Source of the DNA: Candidatus Pacearchaeota archaeon | Lineage (GTDB): Archaea > Nanobdellota > Nanobdellia > Pacearchaeales > GW2011-AR1 | Assembly: GCA_964202455.1 (NCBI GenBank) | Contig: CAXNIJ010000003.1 | Location: 43,352 to 107,351 of the forward strand | DNA: 64,000 nt | Direction of reading: 5' to 3' | Part shown: positions 29,689-38,493 of the stretch, in pieces | How positions within the stretch are numbered: position 1 is the stretch's first letter | Layout: the number at the start of each line of letters is the position of its first letter | Notes under the pieces: model-generated | Told to the model about the DNA's origin: nothing | The model's database searches: none | The model's input: only the letters and a program-made list of their open reading frames with translations | Made by a program: the position numbers and the translations under genes

Positions 29689-30093
29689 TTATTCGTTCTT
29701 TTTTTGCTCAGTCTGTTGTAATTGAATATTTTGGATTAACTGTTGCAATGCTTGTTGATATAATTCTAGTTTGCTAAGATTATGTAGTCGAGCTTCACTA
29801 ATTTTTTTTATCTGTTCATCAATAACTGCTCTAGTTTCTGCAGAATTTTTTTTCACAATATATCCTGCTCCAACTTCAACAAATAATTCTTTTTCAATAA
29901 TATCGGTCTTTATAAAAACTCCTTTTCCAAGAGAAGAAAGTACCTGTTTACTTGGGTTTTTTTCAATAGTATCAAGATCATTCTTAAATCTTTTTAAGTC
30001 AACAAGTTCGTGGTCTATTAGTCCAGCGTGGGTCTCAAGTTCTTCAACCTGTTTGTGTATTGCCTGCGCCTTATAGATTAATTCAGCATCCAT
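29689..30093 (-). CDS. pfdA: prefoldin alpha subunit
   Basis: 134 aa. Coiled coil, then a beta-hairpin core (SLGKGVFIKT...FVEVGAGYIVKK), then coiled coil. Confidence 0.8.
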   Translation of the reverse strand: MDAELIYKAQAIHKQVEELETHAGLIDHELVDLKRFKNDLDTIEKNPSKQVLSSLGKGVFIKTDIIEKELFVEVGAGYIVKKNSAETRAVIDEQIKKISEARLHNLSKLELYQQALQQLIQNIQLQQTEQKKNE

Positions 30094-30176
30094 AAATGCT
30101 GAAAGAAATAAGGGGTTTTAAAGGTTACGCACAATGCCCAGAATTATAAACTTGACCTTTTAGGCAGGAGAAATAT

Positions 30177-30710
30177 TTATACAGAAGGATCAATCTTCCA
30201 GACTTCTAGTTTCTCAAAAAATAATTTCTCTTCCGCAATAACCTCATACATCATATTTAACCTATTTAATAATGAAAGAATGTGTTGTCTAGGCGTCAAA
30301 GAAGAAAGCAAAAGTAAAACGGCCCCGTTATCATTAAGATGTTTGGGAGCATCTTTCAAAAAACGCAAAATTATTTCATCTCCAATTTTTCCACCAGTTG
30401 TAATGCGTCGACTTTCACCATCTTCAAGTTTATCTTCTGGTAGATAAGGAGGATTAAAAGCAATTAAATCAAATTTTCCTTCTACCTTGGAAAATAAATC
30501 AGAAACTTGTGCAGGAATTGACTTTTTCTTTAAGAATTGAACAACTTTAGGATTAATATCCACTGCCAATATATTTTTAGATCCAGCAGATTTGGCATAT
30601 TCACTTTGAATACCTGACCCAGCACCCATATCTAAAAAAGATTTTCCTTTAGCCAATTTCTTTACTTCTTTTGCAAGTAAAAATGAATCTTCGCTAGGTT
30701 CATAAATCAT
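30177..30710 (-). CDS. HemK/Mtq2-like N5-glutamine methyltransferase
   Basis: 177 aa. It has a YEPSEDSF start, LDMGAGSG and the FNPPY motif. Confidence 0.75.
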   Translation of the reverse strand: MIYEPSEDSFLLAKEVKKLAKGKSFLDMGAGSGIQSEYAKSAGSKNILAVDINPKVVQFLKKKSIPAQVSDLFSKVEGKFDLIAFNPPYLPEDKLEDGESRRITTGGKIGDEIILRFLKDAPKHLNDNGAVLLLLSSLTPRQHILSLLNRLNMMYEVIAEEKLFFEKLEVWKIDPSV

Positions 30711-30711
30711 A

Positions 30712-31452
30712 TTATGATTTATCCTCTACAATAACTGTAATGGTTGTTAAAATCAAAGCAAGTAAGGGATATATTATTGTCAAGTTAAGTAACTCATCAA
30801 CAGATATAGAGAAAAGCATTCTATCTTCTCTAAGTTCCATAATATTTGCAACAATAAAATAAACAACAGAAATTACTAGTGTCGGCAGGTAAATTTTTTT
30901 TACAAGTAAAAAACTTCTTTTCACAGCTTTAAAACAAGAAACTTTTTGAACAATTAAGATACTTGGAGCATATGAAAAGAAAATTGCAAATCCAACCATG
31001 GCAAGATAATAAAGAGTTGTAAAAACTCCTTGTGCTGCGCCAAGATTGAGACCAAATAATTCTCCTAATAAATTAGCTCCATAATGTGCGAACAATCTAA
31101 CAAAATTGAATACTATAATGAAAATTAAAGATAATAGAAAACTTCCAAACCAAAAAGAGAATATCTTACTCGAGAAAATTAAAGATTTTTTTTCAACACA
31201 AATAAAACTTAACAAAAATAATAATGCGAAAAAAAAAGATAATCCTGCCAATGCAATAATGGTAGTTACAATGGACCAAATCCAGAAATTAAATTCAGTC
31301 TCCATGGGAAGAATAACTTTAAGTCTTTGAGACAAATAAGAAAAGATAATCATCCAAAGAAATGCACCCATCAGAGGCAATACTAAAACAAAAGCTTTTG
31401 GAAAAGAACTTTTTATTCTAGAAAGAAAAGTTCTAGGTTCAAGAAGTTTCAT
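30712..31452 (-). CDS. hypothetical polytopic membrane protein
   Basis: Start moved to ATG 31452 (MKLLEPRT), which removes the 47-nt overlap with the upstream gene. Confidence 0.45.
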   Translation of the reverse strand: MKLLEPRTFLSRIKSSFPKAFVLVLPLMGAFLWMIIFSYLSQRLKVILPMETEFNFWIWSIVTTIIALAGLSFFFALLFLLSFICVEKKSLIFSSKIFSFWFGSFLLSLIFIIVFNFVRLFAHYGANLLGELFGLNLGAAQGVFTTLYYLAMVGFAIFFSYAPSILIVQKVSCFKAVKRSFLLVKKIYLPTLVISVVYFIVANIMELREDRMLFSISVDELLNLTIIYPLLALILTTITVIVEDKS

Positions 31453-31453
31453 T

Positions 31454-31867
31454 CTAAGAAAATGCAGTAAGTATTTTATCTTTAAATATAATGGATGCAA
31501 TCAAAATACCAACTAACACTAGGAGCAATACAACAAGGAAAATAACTTTCTTCTTATCGGAGTTATCTGCAAGAGGACTCTTTTGTAAATTGGCCACAGA
31601 TGGAGGGGGAGTTGCCGATGCAGTTTGAGAAAGACTAGGATTTTTTACAACTTGAGCAGAATTAGAATTCTCTGTGGAATTTTGAGAAACAGATTTCATG
31701 GGGGCATCAGTATTTAACAGTAGGGTAGTTCCTCCAGTTAAAGAATTTGCGGCTTCACGAACTTCCACAGACTTATATCCTGCGTTAATCAGAGACTGCA
31801 TAGCTTCATCAACAGACTCTCCTCTTTCTAATGCATTTTTAATCGCCGCAAGTATCTCATCCCTCAT
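31454..31867 (-). CDS. hypothetical tail-anchored protein
   Basis: 137 aa. It has a small helical N-domain, a Ser/Thr/Pro linker and a C-terminal TM (VIFLVVLLLVLVGILIASIIF). Confidence 0.45.
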   Translation of the reverse strand: MRDEILAAIKNALERGESVDEAMQSLINAGYKSVEVREAANSLTGGTTLLLNTDAPMKSVSQNSTENSNSAQVVKNPSLSQTASATPPPSVANLQKSPLADNSDKKKVIFLVVLLLVLVGILIASIIFKDKILTAFS

Positions 31868-33198
31868 AGTGTTAAAGCTTCCCCATTATGCATCAGGTGC
31901 ACGGTTTTGTTCAATTTATATCCCATTTCCATTGCAAGATTCGCACCAGCAGTTAATTTTTTTAAATCGCCATGTGAGGGAATAACATGCTCAGGTTTAG
32001 TAAGTTTAATGAGGTCTCTTAAGTCTTCTCTTCCACCATGACCTGAAACATGTACATTATCAAAAATACGGACGTGAAACTTCTTTAATCTTCTCTCCAG
32101 TTGTACTTTATTAACTTCATTTATTGGAGTAGGAATAGTCTTAGATGAAAAAATTATTTGATCTTCAGCGCCCAAATGCAGGGGAAGTTGCTGCCTGGCA
32201 AGGCGGTCCAGTATAGATCCTGGTTCACCCTGATGACCTGTACAGACTACAAGATATCTTTTTTTATTTTTATTAACTATTGAGAGTATTTTTTCAACTT
32301 GTTTTCTATATGTACACATTTTAACATCCGATAGAAATGGCGCTTTTCCAATTCTCTGAGCAGCAAGACAATATTTTATAAGACTTCTTCCAACAAAAAT
32401 AACTTCTCTGTTTAATCGTTTACCAAATTCTACGATTGTCTTTAGACGAGCAATATGTGATGAGAATGTTGTAATAACCATTCCGGAATTTTGATGAGGC
32501 GTAGAGAAAAAAACATCTTCTAGCAGACCCTTTGCAATTTTTTCAGAAGGAGTTTTACGGTCGTCAGGAGCATATAAGCAATCAACAATTAATGCCTTGA
32601 CACCTTTATGAGCTAACTCTTTTAATCTTCCATAATTAGGTTTATCTCCAAAAACTGGAGAGTTATCTAATTTATAGTCATTAGCATAAAACACAACTCC
32701 GTCTGGAGTATGTACTGCAATAATTGCACATTGAAGGGTAGAATGTGTCATGTTAATAAATTCAACTTTATAAGAGGTTTTTCCCTTAGTAGTATATGTT
32801 CCGTTCATCGGAATAGAAATTATTTTATTATTTATACGTTGACCTGCATCTTCCATGAGAACTTTAAGTACCTCCATAGTGTAAGGCGTTCCAACAACAT
32901 CCGCATCATATCTGGGAGCGTTATAAGGTATTCCCCCTACATGATCCAAATGAGCATGGGAAACAAGAATTGCCCTCACTTTATCTCTTAATCCATTATC
33001 ATCGAGATATACATCGTCAGGCAAAGCCCCTAGTGCGCGCATTCCTTTTTCAGTAGGAATTTTCTCTCTTTCAGAGACTCCAACAATTGCAGGAAGAAAA
33101 AGTCCAGCATCAAATAGAATAACATCTTTTTCAAGTTCGAGAGCAGTCATATTCTTTCCAACTTCATTATAACCTCCAATTGTATGAACCTTCATCAT
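31864..33198 (-). CDS. rnj: RNase J (beta-CASP metallo-beta-lactamase ribonuclease)
   Basis: 444 aa. It has VSHAHLDHVGG, and a C-terminal HVSGHGGRED motif. Confidence 0.8.
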   Translation of the reverse strand: MMKVHTIGGYNEVGKNMTALELEKDVILFDAGLFLPAIVGVSEREKIPTEKGMRALGALPDDVYLDDNGLRDKVRAILVSHAHLDHVGGIPYNAPRYDADVVGTPYTMEVLKVLMEDAGQRINNKIISIPMNGTYTTKGKTSYKVEFINMTHSTLQCAIIAVHTPDGVVFYANDYKLDNSPVFGDKPNYGRLKELAHKGVKALIVDCLYAPDDRKTPSEKIAKGLLEDVFFSTPHQNSGMVITTFSSHIARLKTIVEFGKRLNREVIFVGRSLIKYCLAAQRIGKAPFLSDVKMCTYRKQVEKILSIVNKNKKRYLVVCTGHQGEPGSILDRLARQQLPLHLGAEDQIIFSSKTIPTPINEVNKVQLERRLKKFHVRIFDNVHVSGHGGREDLRDLIKLTKPEHVIPSHGDLKKLTAGANLAMEMGYKLNKTVHLMHNGEALTL

Positions 33199-33289
33199 AT
33201 TTTAAAGAAGACATGCTTTAAATACGTTGTGCGGTGAAATTCTATCGACAAATAAATACACTTATAAAGAGGGTATTCTTTTTTAAATA

Positions 33290-34207
33290 ATGCCTGAACA
33301 TCATATTGAGCACTCACATAATATTCACAAATTGAAAAAACACAGAAATGTACTCTATCTTCTTCTAGTTCTTCTAGTTATAATACAAACAATTTCATTT
33401 GTAGTTTTAAGTTCTCAAGTATCTAAATTAGATAATGGCCTAGATAATACGCGTAAAGATTTCACAAAGGCATTACAGGAAAATAATGATTATTATCAAG
33501 AACTTATCCAGCAGATGAATTTACAAAATAAAAATAGCTTGACAGATCTTTCTAAAAAAGTAACGACTCAGCAAGCTAATTTCGAGCAAGAGATTTCAGG
33601 TTTTCAACAACAGATTTCATTAATAAAATCTTCCCATGAAGACTTTTCAGGAATTATTACAGAGGTTGTTAAGGGAGTAGTTAGCATCGGAACAGACAAA
33701 GCAGCAGGGAGCGGTTTTATATTGGACAAGGCAGGCTATATCGTGACAAATGACCATGTAATCTCTGGCGCAAAAGAAATAAGAATTTTAACTACTGAAG
33801 GAAAATCTTATCCAGCAAAGCTTATTGGAAGCGATTCATTTTACGATGTAGCTCTACTTAAGGTGGAAGGAAACTTTAATATTTTAGAACTAGAAGATTC
33901 ACAGTCTGTACAAGTGGGGAAAAAAGTGATAACTATTGGAAATCCTTACGGTCTTTCATTTAGTGTAACTGAGGGAATTATTTCAGCTCTCAAGCGCACA
34001 GGTCCAAACGGAAAAGCCGAATATATTCAAACCGATGTCTCTCTTAATCCTGGAAATTCTGGAGGGCCATTAATAGACACACAAGGAAAAGTAGTGGGAA
34101 TTAATAATTTCAAAGTAGGAAGTGCAGAAAATCTCGGATTCGCACTAGAGAGCAGTTCTCTTAAAAAAGTAGTAAATAGGCTTGCAAATACAACTTTAAT
34201 ATCATGA
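33290..34207 (+). CDS. membrane-anchored trypsin-like serine protease (HtrA family, no PDZ domain)
   Basis: It has an N-terminal TM and the triad context TNDHVI, DVALLKV, GNSGGPL. Confidence 0.8.
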   Translation: MPEHHIEHSHNIHKLKKHRNVLYLLLVLLVIIQTISFVVLSSQVSKLDNGLDNTRKDFTKALQENNDYYQELIQQMNLQNKNSLTDLSKKVTTQQANFEQEISGFQQQISLIKSSHEDFSGIITEVVKGVVSIGTDKAAGSGFILDKAGYIVTNDHVISGAKEIRILTTEGKSYPAKLIGSDSFYDVALLKVEGNFNILELEDSQSVQVGKKVITIGNPYGLSFSVTEGIISALKRTGPNGKAEYIQTDVSLNPGNSGGPLIDTQGKVVGINNFKVGSAENLGFALESSSLKKVVNRLANTTLIS

Positions 34208-34476
34208 AACTAAAACTTCAGCCATCATCAAGAGTAAAGCACAGGTATTTACTTCTAGAAGCAGAAAGTAAAAAAGATATCGAGCAGGCAATTATTGAGG
34301 GTATTGGAACGTTAGGTTGGGCAAAAGCTGCCCCATTATTCGTAGAGCAAAAATCAAAGAATTTTATATTCGCAATTACTCGAGAATCAATAAATGCCGT
34401 GCGCGCATCTATTGAACTTTCTCCAATAAAGATAAAAATACTCAGAGTTTCAGGTACGTTAAAAGGTCTAACGTAA
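34204..34476 (+). CDS. rnp2: RNase P protein component 2 (Pop5/Rnp2), shortened
   Basis: 90 aa. LQPSSRVKHRYLLL, LGWAKAAP and IKILRVSGTLKGL align by eye with archaeal Pop5 (LPPTLRxKxRYI, VSGTIK). Confidence 0.75.
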   Translation: MKLKLQPSSRVKHRYLLLEAESKKDIEQAIIEGIGTLGWAKAAPLFVEQKSKNFIFAITRESINAVRASIELSPIKIKILRVSGTLKGLT

Positions 34477-34520
34477 GTTTTCCTCGGAAAGCTTTAATAC
34501 TATCTATTCCTAAAAAACTG

Positions 34521-35015
34521 ATGAAAAGAGGACAAATAGAATTATCTTTTGGAATGATATTTTCTTTAATTATAATTGCAACAACTCTTGCAGTTGCAGG
34601 ATATATGATTGTAAAGTTTATGAACTCAAAAGATTCTGTGCTTTGTGCAAATTTCAAAGAAGGTTTACAAAATTCAATTGATGACGCTTGGAGAAGCGAT
34701 GGCGCTAGCAAAGATACAAGAAAAGAACCTCTTTCTTCTCTTCCTTCAGCTGTTAAAGAAATCTGCTTCGGAAACTCAACACAAAATTTACTAAATATTA
34801 AAGACAAAGTAAATTATGAGGAAATGAAAGAATATACTTTCTCGGGTAAAAATCTTTATATAACTCCAAGGACGGCATGCAAAGGAGAATTTAGTTATAC
34901 CCTTAAACACGTAACTTCAAAAGGATTTTTCTGTGCGCAAGTAAAGAATGGAAAAGCATCCATTCTAATAGAAAAAGAAAATACTGACGCATTAGTTCGT
35001 CTCTCACCACTATGA
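34521..35015 (+). CDS. type IV pilin-like protein (class III signal peptide)
   Basis: MKRGQIELSFGMIFSLIIIATTLAVAGYMIV has a KRG/Q cleavage-type motif plus a hydrophobic helix. The body has 4 Cys. Confidence 0.6.
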   Translation: MKRGQIELSFGMIFSLIIIATTLAVAGYMIVKFMNSKDSVLCANFKEGLQNSIDDAWRSDGASKDTRKEPLSSLPSAVKEICFGNSTQNLLNIKDKVNYEEMKEYTFSGKNLYITPRTACKGEFSYTLKHVTSKGFFCAQVKNGKASILIEKENTDALVRLSPL

Positions 35016-35965
35016 ATAAAAAAGGAATAGAGTTTAGTTTCGGGTGGATTTTCGCAATTATTATCGGTGCATCAATTCTAGCTTTAGGATTATTTACCGC
35101 ATCAAAAATTATCAATCAAGAAGAATACAGGGGCAATAGCATTAATGCAAAAGAATTTGGAATTTTAACTACTGCTCTTGAAACTAGTTTAGAAACAAGC
35201 AAGACTGATAAAATAACTTTCGACACTCCATCTAGAATAGTTTTGGAATGTGATCCAAAAGGAGTTTATGGATTACAAAAGATAAGTTCTGGAGATTTTA
35301 AAAAAGAAACAACAGGAGTAACAAGCACATTTGCAGGAAAATATTTCTTTTCAGAAAAAATAATGGATGGAAAAGAGTTTATTGTTCTTAGTAAACCATT
35401 TAACTATCCTTATCGTGTTGCAAATATCTTAATAATCTGGCCAAAGAATACATTATATTGTTTTCTCGATCCTCCAGAACAAACAGAAAAAGAATTACAA
35501 ATGATGATGCGAGACAACGCATTAATAAATTCTTCTCTTCAAATTCTACCTTATAATAAAAAAGAAGAGTGTAGAATAGATAGTAAAAAAGTTTGTTTTG
35601 GAAAGACTTCAAGTTGCGATATTGCAATTTACGATTCTACCATTAAAAAAGGAGATCGAGCAGTATTCATAGATCCTTCAGAACAAGAAAATGCCCTAAT
35701 TTTCGCAGCAATATTTTCTGATCCCGAAATATACGAATGTCAAATGCAACGCCTAATGCATAGAGCATCAACTCTAGCTCATTTATATCAAGAGAAGGCA
35801 ATTTTATTAGAAGGAAGAGGATGCACTTCTTCTCTAATGAGTTCTCTAGAAAATTATGCTGTAGCAACTAAATCTTTTAATTCAACAAAAGAACTTGCAA
35901 CACTTAGTTTTCTAGCAAATACTTTGGGAGGTGAAAATGATCAGTTATCGTGTCCAGTATTCTAA
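35012..35965 (+). CDS. type IV pilin-like protein (class III signal peptide)
   Basis: N-terminus MNKKGIEFSFGWIFAIIIGASILALGLF. The body is Cys-rich. An ATGA overlap joins it to the previous gene. Confidence 0.6.
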   Translation: MNKKGIEFSFGWIFAIIIGASILALGLFTASKIINQEEYRGNSINAKEFGILTTALETSLETSKTDKITFDTPSRIVLECDPKGVYGLQKISSGDFKKETTGVTSTFAGKYFFSEKIMDGKEFIVLSKPFNYPYRVANILIIWPKNTLYCFLDPPEQTEKELQMMMRDNALINSSLQILPYNKKEECRIDSKKVCFGKTSSCDIAIYDSTIKKGDRAVFIDPSEQENALIFAAIFSDPEIYECQMQRLMHRASTLAHLYQEKAILLEGRGCTSSLMSSLENYAVATKSFNSTKELATLSFLANTLGGENDQLSCPVF

Positions 35966-36464
35966 AGCCCAGCTAAAAATTCAAGAAATGGCTTTTGTTC
36001 TTGTCGCCCTAGTAATTTTCATGGCTATTGTAGTTATATTCTATCTTTCTCTAAAAAACACAGGAGGCAAAGAGCAGATAATCACTCAAAGAGAGGAAGA
36101 GGTCTTAGAATCTCTAAGAAAATTATCCGATAGTCCAGAGCTAAGATGGAGCGATAGCCATGAACAATGTTCAGGATGTATAGATTTAGATAAGGCGATG
36201 CTTCTTAAAGAAGAAAATATCAACAAACAAACAAAAGTTCTTTGGAATATGAATGCATTAGCTTTAGAATTCATCGGTTCTCCATACAAAGACGAATGTA
36301 CTATGGGAAATTATCCAAAATGTAAAACTATAACGCTCATAAATGCCAGTTCATCATCTCAAATTCAATATAAGGGCAGTTTCGTAGCGCTATGTTGGAG
36401 AGAAAAAACAGAAAGAGTATGTAGTTTAGGCAAAGCTATAGGGAGCCCTAAGGAATTAAGATGA
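35937..36464 (+). CDS. type IV pilin-like protein (class III signal peptide)
   Basis: ATG 35937 lies 5 nt after GGAGG (35927-35931). SKAQLKIQEMAFVLVALVIFMAIVVIF is followed by a Cys-rich body. Confidence 0.5.
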   Translation: MISYRVQYSKAQLKIQEMAFVLVALVIFMAIVVIFYLSLKNTGGKEQIITQREEEVLESLRKLSDSPELRWSDSHEQCSGCIDLDKAMLLKEENINKQTKVLWNMNALALEFIGSPYKDECTMGNYPKCKTITLINASSSSQIQYKGSFVALCWREKTERVCSLGKAIGSPKELR

Positions 36465-36967
36465 ATTACTCTAAAAAAGGACAAGAAGAAGTTGTAGGAT
36501 TTGTAGTGATCGTAGTTCTAGTAGCCGTAGTTTTTGTTATTCTTCTAGGATTTTCATCTCATAAACCCATTATTCAAGAGAAAACAAGTAAAGATTTAAG
36601 AAATTACTTAGAAAGCGTAAGGGTCGTTACAACAGATTGTAAATTAACTCAAGACCAATCTGAAGAATTCAAAAGTCTAATTAGTTCGTGTTATCAGGGA
36701 CAAACTTGTACTTCGGGAAAAAAGGCCTGCGAAGTGTTAAACTTAACTGCCTTAAATCTTCTTAATTCGGCTTTTCCAGTAGGCATAGATTATCAGGCAA
36801 AGGGTACCAAGTTCAATATAGTTTATTCTCAAGCAGAAGAAAAACAAGAACAAGAGATTATTTCATTATCCAAGGGAAACTGTAGTTCATTAAGTTACAG
36901 GTCTGCAGATGACTTTTTCCCCCTTGGAACAGGGCAGATAACTGTTAAGATAAAGCTATGTTATTAA
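36461..36967 (+). CDS. type IV pilin-like protein (class III signal peptide)
   Basis: N-terminus MNYSKKGQEEVVGFVVIVVLVAVVFVILLG. The body is Cys-rich. An ATGA overlap joins it to the previous gene. Confidence 0.6.
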   Translation: MNYSKKGQEEVVGFVVIVVLVAVVFVILLGFSSHKPIIQEKTSKDLRNYLESVRVVTTDCKLTQDQSEEFKSLISSCYQGQTCTSGKKACEVLNLTALNLLNSAFPVGIDYQAKGTKFNIVYSQAEEKQEQEIISLSKGNCSSLSYRSADDFFPLGTGQITVKIKLCY

Positions 36968-36973
36968 GAAATC

Positions 36974-37222
36974 TCATCGTTCATAAATATGCTGGCGATG
37001 TCCAACCTTAAGAATAGTTATAAGCTCTTTCTCAATGGAAAAAATAATTCTATAATCTCCTACTCGTAAACGGCATTCAGAAGAACCTTTAAGTTTCTTA
37101 ATATCTTTAACAAAAGGATCTACCTGCATTTCTTCAACCGTTTTAATTATTTTTCTTGCAACAGTAATATCTAGCTTATGAAGATTTCTAAGTGAATTTT
37201 CTTTCCATTCTATATTAAACAT
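36974..37222 (-). CDS. RelE/ParE family toxin
   Basis: 82 aa. LRVGDYRIIFSIEKELITILKVGHRQHIYE is the typical RelE/ParE C-terminal block. Confidence 0.75.
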   Translation of the reverse strand: MFNIEWKENSLRNLHKLDITVARKIIKTVEEMQVDPFVKDIKKLKGSSECRLRVGDYRIIFSIEKELITILKVGHRQHIYER

Positions 37223-37232
37223 TCAAACTTTC

Positions 37233-37439
37233 CTAAAGTCCAAACTTTTTTTTAACTTCATTATGGGAGAGACTCTTTTCCTTCTTTGATTCTTCAATTT
37301 CTTTTCTAGTTTCTTCATTAAGTATAAGTTCATCTTCAAGCATTCGTTCAAGAATTTCATTGTAAGACTCTCTAGAAAAGAGCTTCATCTTCTCTAGTTT
37401 TTGTTGTACTTCATCGGATACTTGAATAGTGGTTGACAT
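37233..37439 (-). CDS. antitoxin (small acidic protein upstream of RelE-like toxin)
   Basis: 68 aa. It lies 10 nt upstream of the toxin, is charged and helical, and has a typical TA arrangement. Confidence 0.55.
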   Translation of the reverse strand: MSTTIQVSDEVQQKLEKMKLFSRESYNEILERMLEDELILNEETRKEIEESKKEKSLSHNEVKKKFGL

Positions 37440-37494
37440 TATAGATGATTATAACAAGCTATAGTATAAATATCTTTCGGTTATATCGCGAATT

Positions 37495-37709
37495 AGGAAG
37501 ACCGAGAGAACTATTGGTTCTCGAGTGTATCCAAGAATCAAATATTCTTGACGAAACTACACTCCTTCAAGAATTTTCAATCGTCAAAAATCGCTGATTT
37601 TTGATCGCACTCAAGAATACGAAGAATGGGTATTCTTGATGTCTTGACTGCCGTCAAGGACAGAAGTCCTTGAAGTTTAAGCCACAGTGGCGCATCGTTT
37701 TCTTGATTC
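37495..37709. repeat. hairpin-chain element B (TCAAG...CTTGA family)
   Basis: Perfect hairpins at 37506-37522, 37532-37550, 37584-37604, 37611-37639, 37643-37658 and 37654-37673. The twin hairpins at 37584-37639 are separated by the 6-nt linker TCGCAC. The 35-nt module at 37675-37709 is shared with element D. Confidence 0.5.
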
Positions 37710-37711
37710 AA

Positions 37712-38071
37712 TTATATTTGTATCTTAATCTGCAAGGTATCTATGATTAATATTGGTTTCAATCTCTGTCTTTTTCCAGTCTTTTCAGAGACAAACTCTA
37801 TAAATCCAAATCTTTCAAGAAGCTTTAGGTCACCATATACTGCTTTAAAATCGCGCCCTAAAATTTTAGCTAAACTATAAACTGAAGAGGGTTTTTTAGT
37901 TTTAAGCATGTGTAAAATTCTTGCTTTTTCATTGCTCAATAGTTTACGAAAAGCCGCAATGCCCTCAAAGTCATAAGCTTCTCTTTCTCCGCTAAATTTT
38001 TTAAAAAAAGTAGCGAAAGTTCCACCTTCATCTGTAATTGTTATTTCTCTAGTCTTTGTTTTCGTCGACAT
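37712..38071 (-). CDS. winged-helix DNA-binding protein (putative transcriptional regulator)
   Basis: 119 aa. ARILHMLKTKKPSSVYSLAKILGRDFKAVYGDLKLLERFGFIEF is wHTH-like. Confidence 0.5.
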   Translation of the reverse strand: MSTKTKTREITITDEGGTFATFFKKFSGEREAYDFEGIAAFRKLLSNEKARILHMLKTKKPSSVYSLAKILGRDFKAVYGDLKLLERFGFIEFVSEKTGKRQRLKPILIIDTLQIKIQI

Positions 38072-38493
38072 TTTGGTTATTATAGGTTATTTTATTACCC
38101 ATATCTAAGTAATATAATTAGTATATATATGTTTCGTTTATCTATATATGTTAAAATAAAACATATATTTTACTAAGAGTATAAAAAATGTCACAAATTC
38201 AAGTATATTTCTAGAGAGTAGTACCAAAAGCTTTAAATACTCATAGCAGAGTTAATAAAACGCTCAATGTAATTTCTGCAAGATAAGAGAAAGCTTTTTA
38301 AAGCGTAACTTCATCATGATTATGCTCTTATTGTTTCAATAAGGGCGCTGGCCAAGATGATTTATCTTAGGATATTTCAAATCTTTGTCAGAGCAACATG
38401 CTCGACACGGCCAAGGCGGGTTGTTTATCAACCTCCCCTCAGGGGAATCTACGGATTGCCAAGATAGATAGTTGAAAGGAGGTATAAAAAAAA

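Noticed and set aside
38340-38470. tRNA-like fragments in the S-layer leader (GGCCAAGG D-arm-like; GGTTG-TTTAT-CAACC hairpin that could display UUA)
   Set aside because: There is no matching acceptor stem or T arm on either strand, and the loop is only 5 nt with the 5-bp stem. It is not a tRNA, so it gives no support for a TAA suppressor.
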